A stretch of DNA of 56,098 nt from Chloroflexota bacterium (GTDB lineage Bacteria > Chloroflexota > Dehalococcoidia > UBA2979), in NCBI GenBank assembly GCA_009837285.1, contig VXTU01000042.1, forward strand, positions 1 to 56,098. Direction: 5' to 3'. A program made the position numbers and the translations under genes. This document shows positions 55,748-56,098 of this stretch, piece by piece. The notes under the pieces are model-generated. The model saw only the letters and a list, made by a program, of their open reading frames with translations, did not search any database and was not told where the DNA came from. Numbering within the stretch: position 1 is the stretch's first letter; every line of letters starts with the position of its first letter.

Positions 55748-56098
55748 ATGCGAACACTCGACCTCGTCGGCACCCGCAAGTGGTTCTTCCTGTTCAGCGG
55801 CACGCTTGTCGTGGCCTCGCTCGTCCTCCTCGCGATTCCGCCCACGCTGCGGCCGGGCATCGAGTTCACCGCCGGGACGACGACGCTGGTGCGCTTCGAG
55901 CGCGACGTCAGCCAGGCCGCGCTGCGGACCGCCTACGCCGACCTCGGCCATCCCGAGGCGCGCATCCAGTCGACGGGCGACCGCGAGTACCTGATTCGCA
56001 ACAGCGTGCTGAGTGTCCCCGACAACGCGCTGATCGAGGTCTACCCCACCCCCACCCCTGACGACTGCCCGACGGCTGAGCTCGGCACGGTGCTGCTC
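55748..56098 (+). CDS. secF: Protein translocase subunit SecF (5' part, runs off the window end)
   Basis: MRTLDLVGTRKWFFLFS..LRPGIEFTAGT; follows secD, open to the end. Confidence 0.9.
   Translation, partial: MRTLDLVGTRKWFFLFSGTLVVASLVLLAIPPTLRPGIEFTAGTTTLVRFERDVSQAALRTAYADLGHPEARIQSTGDREYLIRNSVLSVPDNALIEVYPTPTPDDCPTAELGTVLL

Overview
High-GC bacterial chromosomal segment, most consistent with Chloroflexota class Dehalococcoidia (inferred from the Chloroflexus-type malyl-CoA lyase, PBP1A with tandem C-terminal domains, gatC-gatA without gatB, and ftsZ-nrdR-nrdJ order). It is mostly housekeeping: ethylmalonyl-CoA-pathway-type genes (mch, mcd, mcl plus a malate/succinate-CoA ligase pair and a ferredoxin), rpiB, ferritin, PBP1A, gatCA, trpS, argS, nrdJ, nrdR, a dcw cluster (mraZ-rsmH-ftsL-ftsI-murF-mraY-murD-ftsW-murG-murC-ddl-ftsQ-ftsA-X-ftsZ, lacking murE and murB), mog, trmD, rplS, priA, def, yajC-secD-secF. 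Single genes or gene pairs, several visibly lower in GC, are slotted between core genes with no transposase or integrase in view: an internally duplicated two-HEPN-motif protein, a reversed hicBA-like pair, vapBC, a PD-(D/E)XK nuclease splitting nrdR from nrdJ, a 46-aa glycine-zipper peptide whose start codon lies in a hairpin, and two paralogous coiled-coil membrane-anchored microproteins. Other points of interest: an acidic disordered protein between ftsA and ftsZ, three probable non-canonical start codons (ATC, CTG, CTG), several leaderless-type promoters, and LexA-like boxes at nrdJ and priA. No rRNA, tRNA, CRISPR array or IS element was recognised. Start codons were re-assigned by eye and all family calls come from motif recognition, not database searches.
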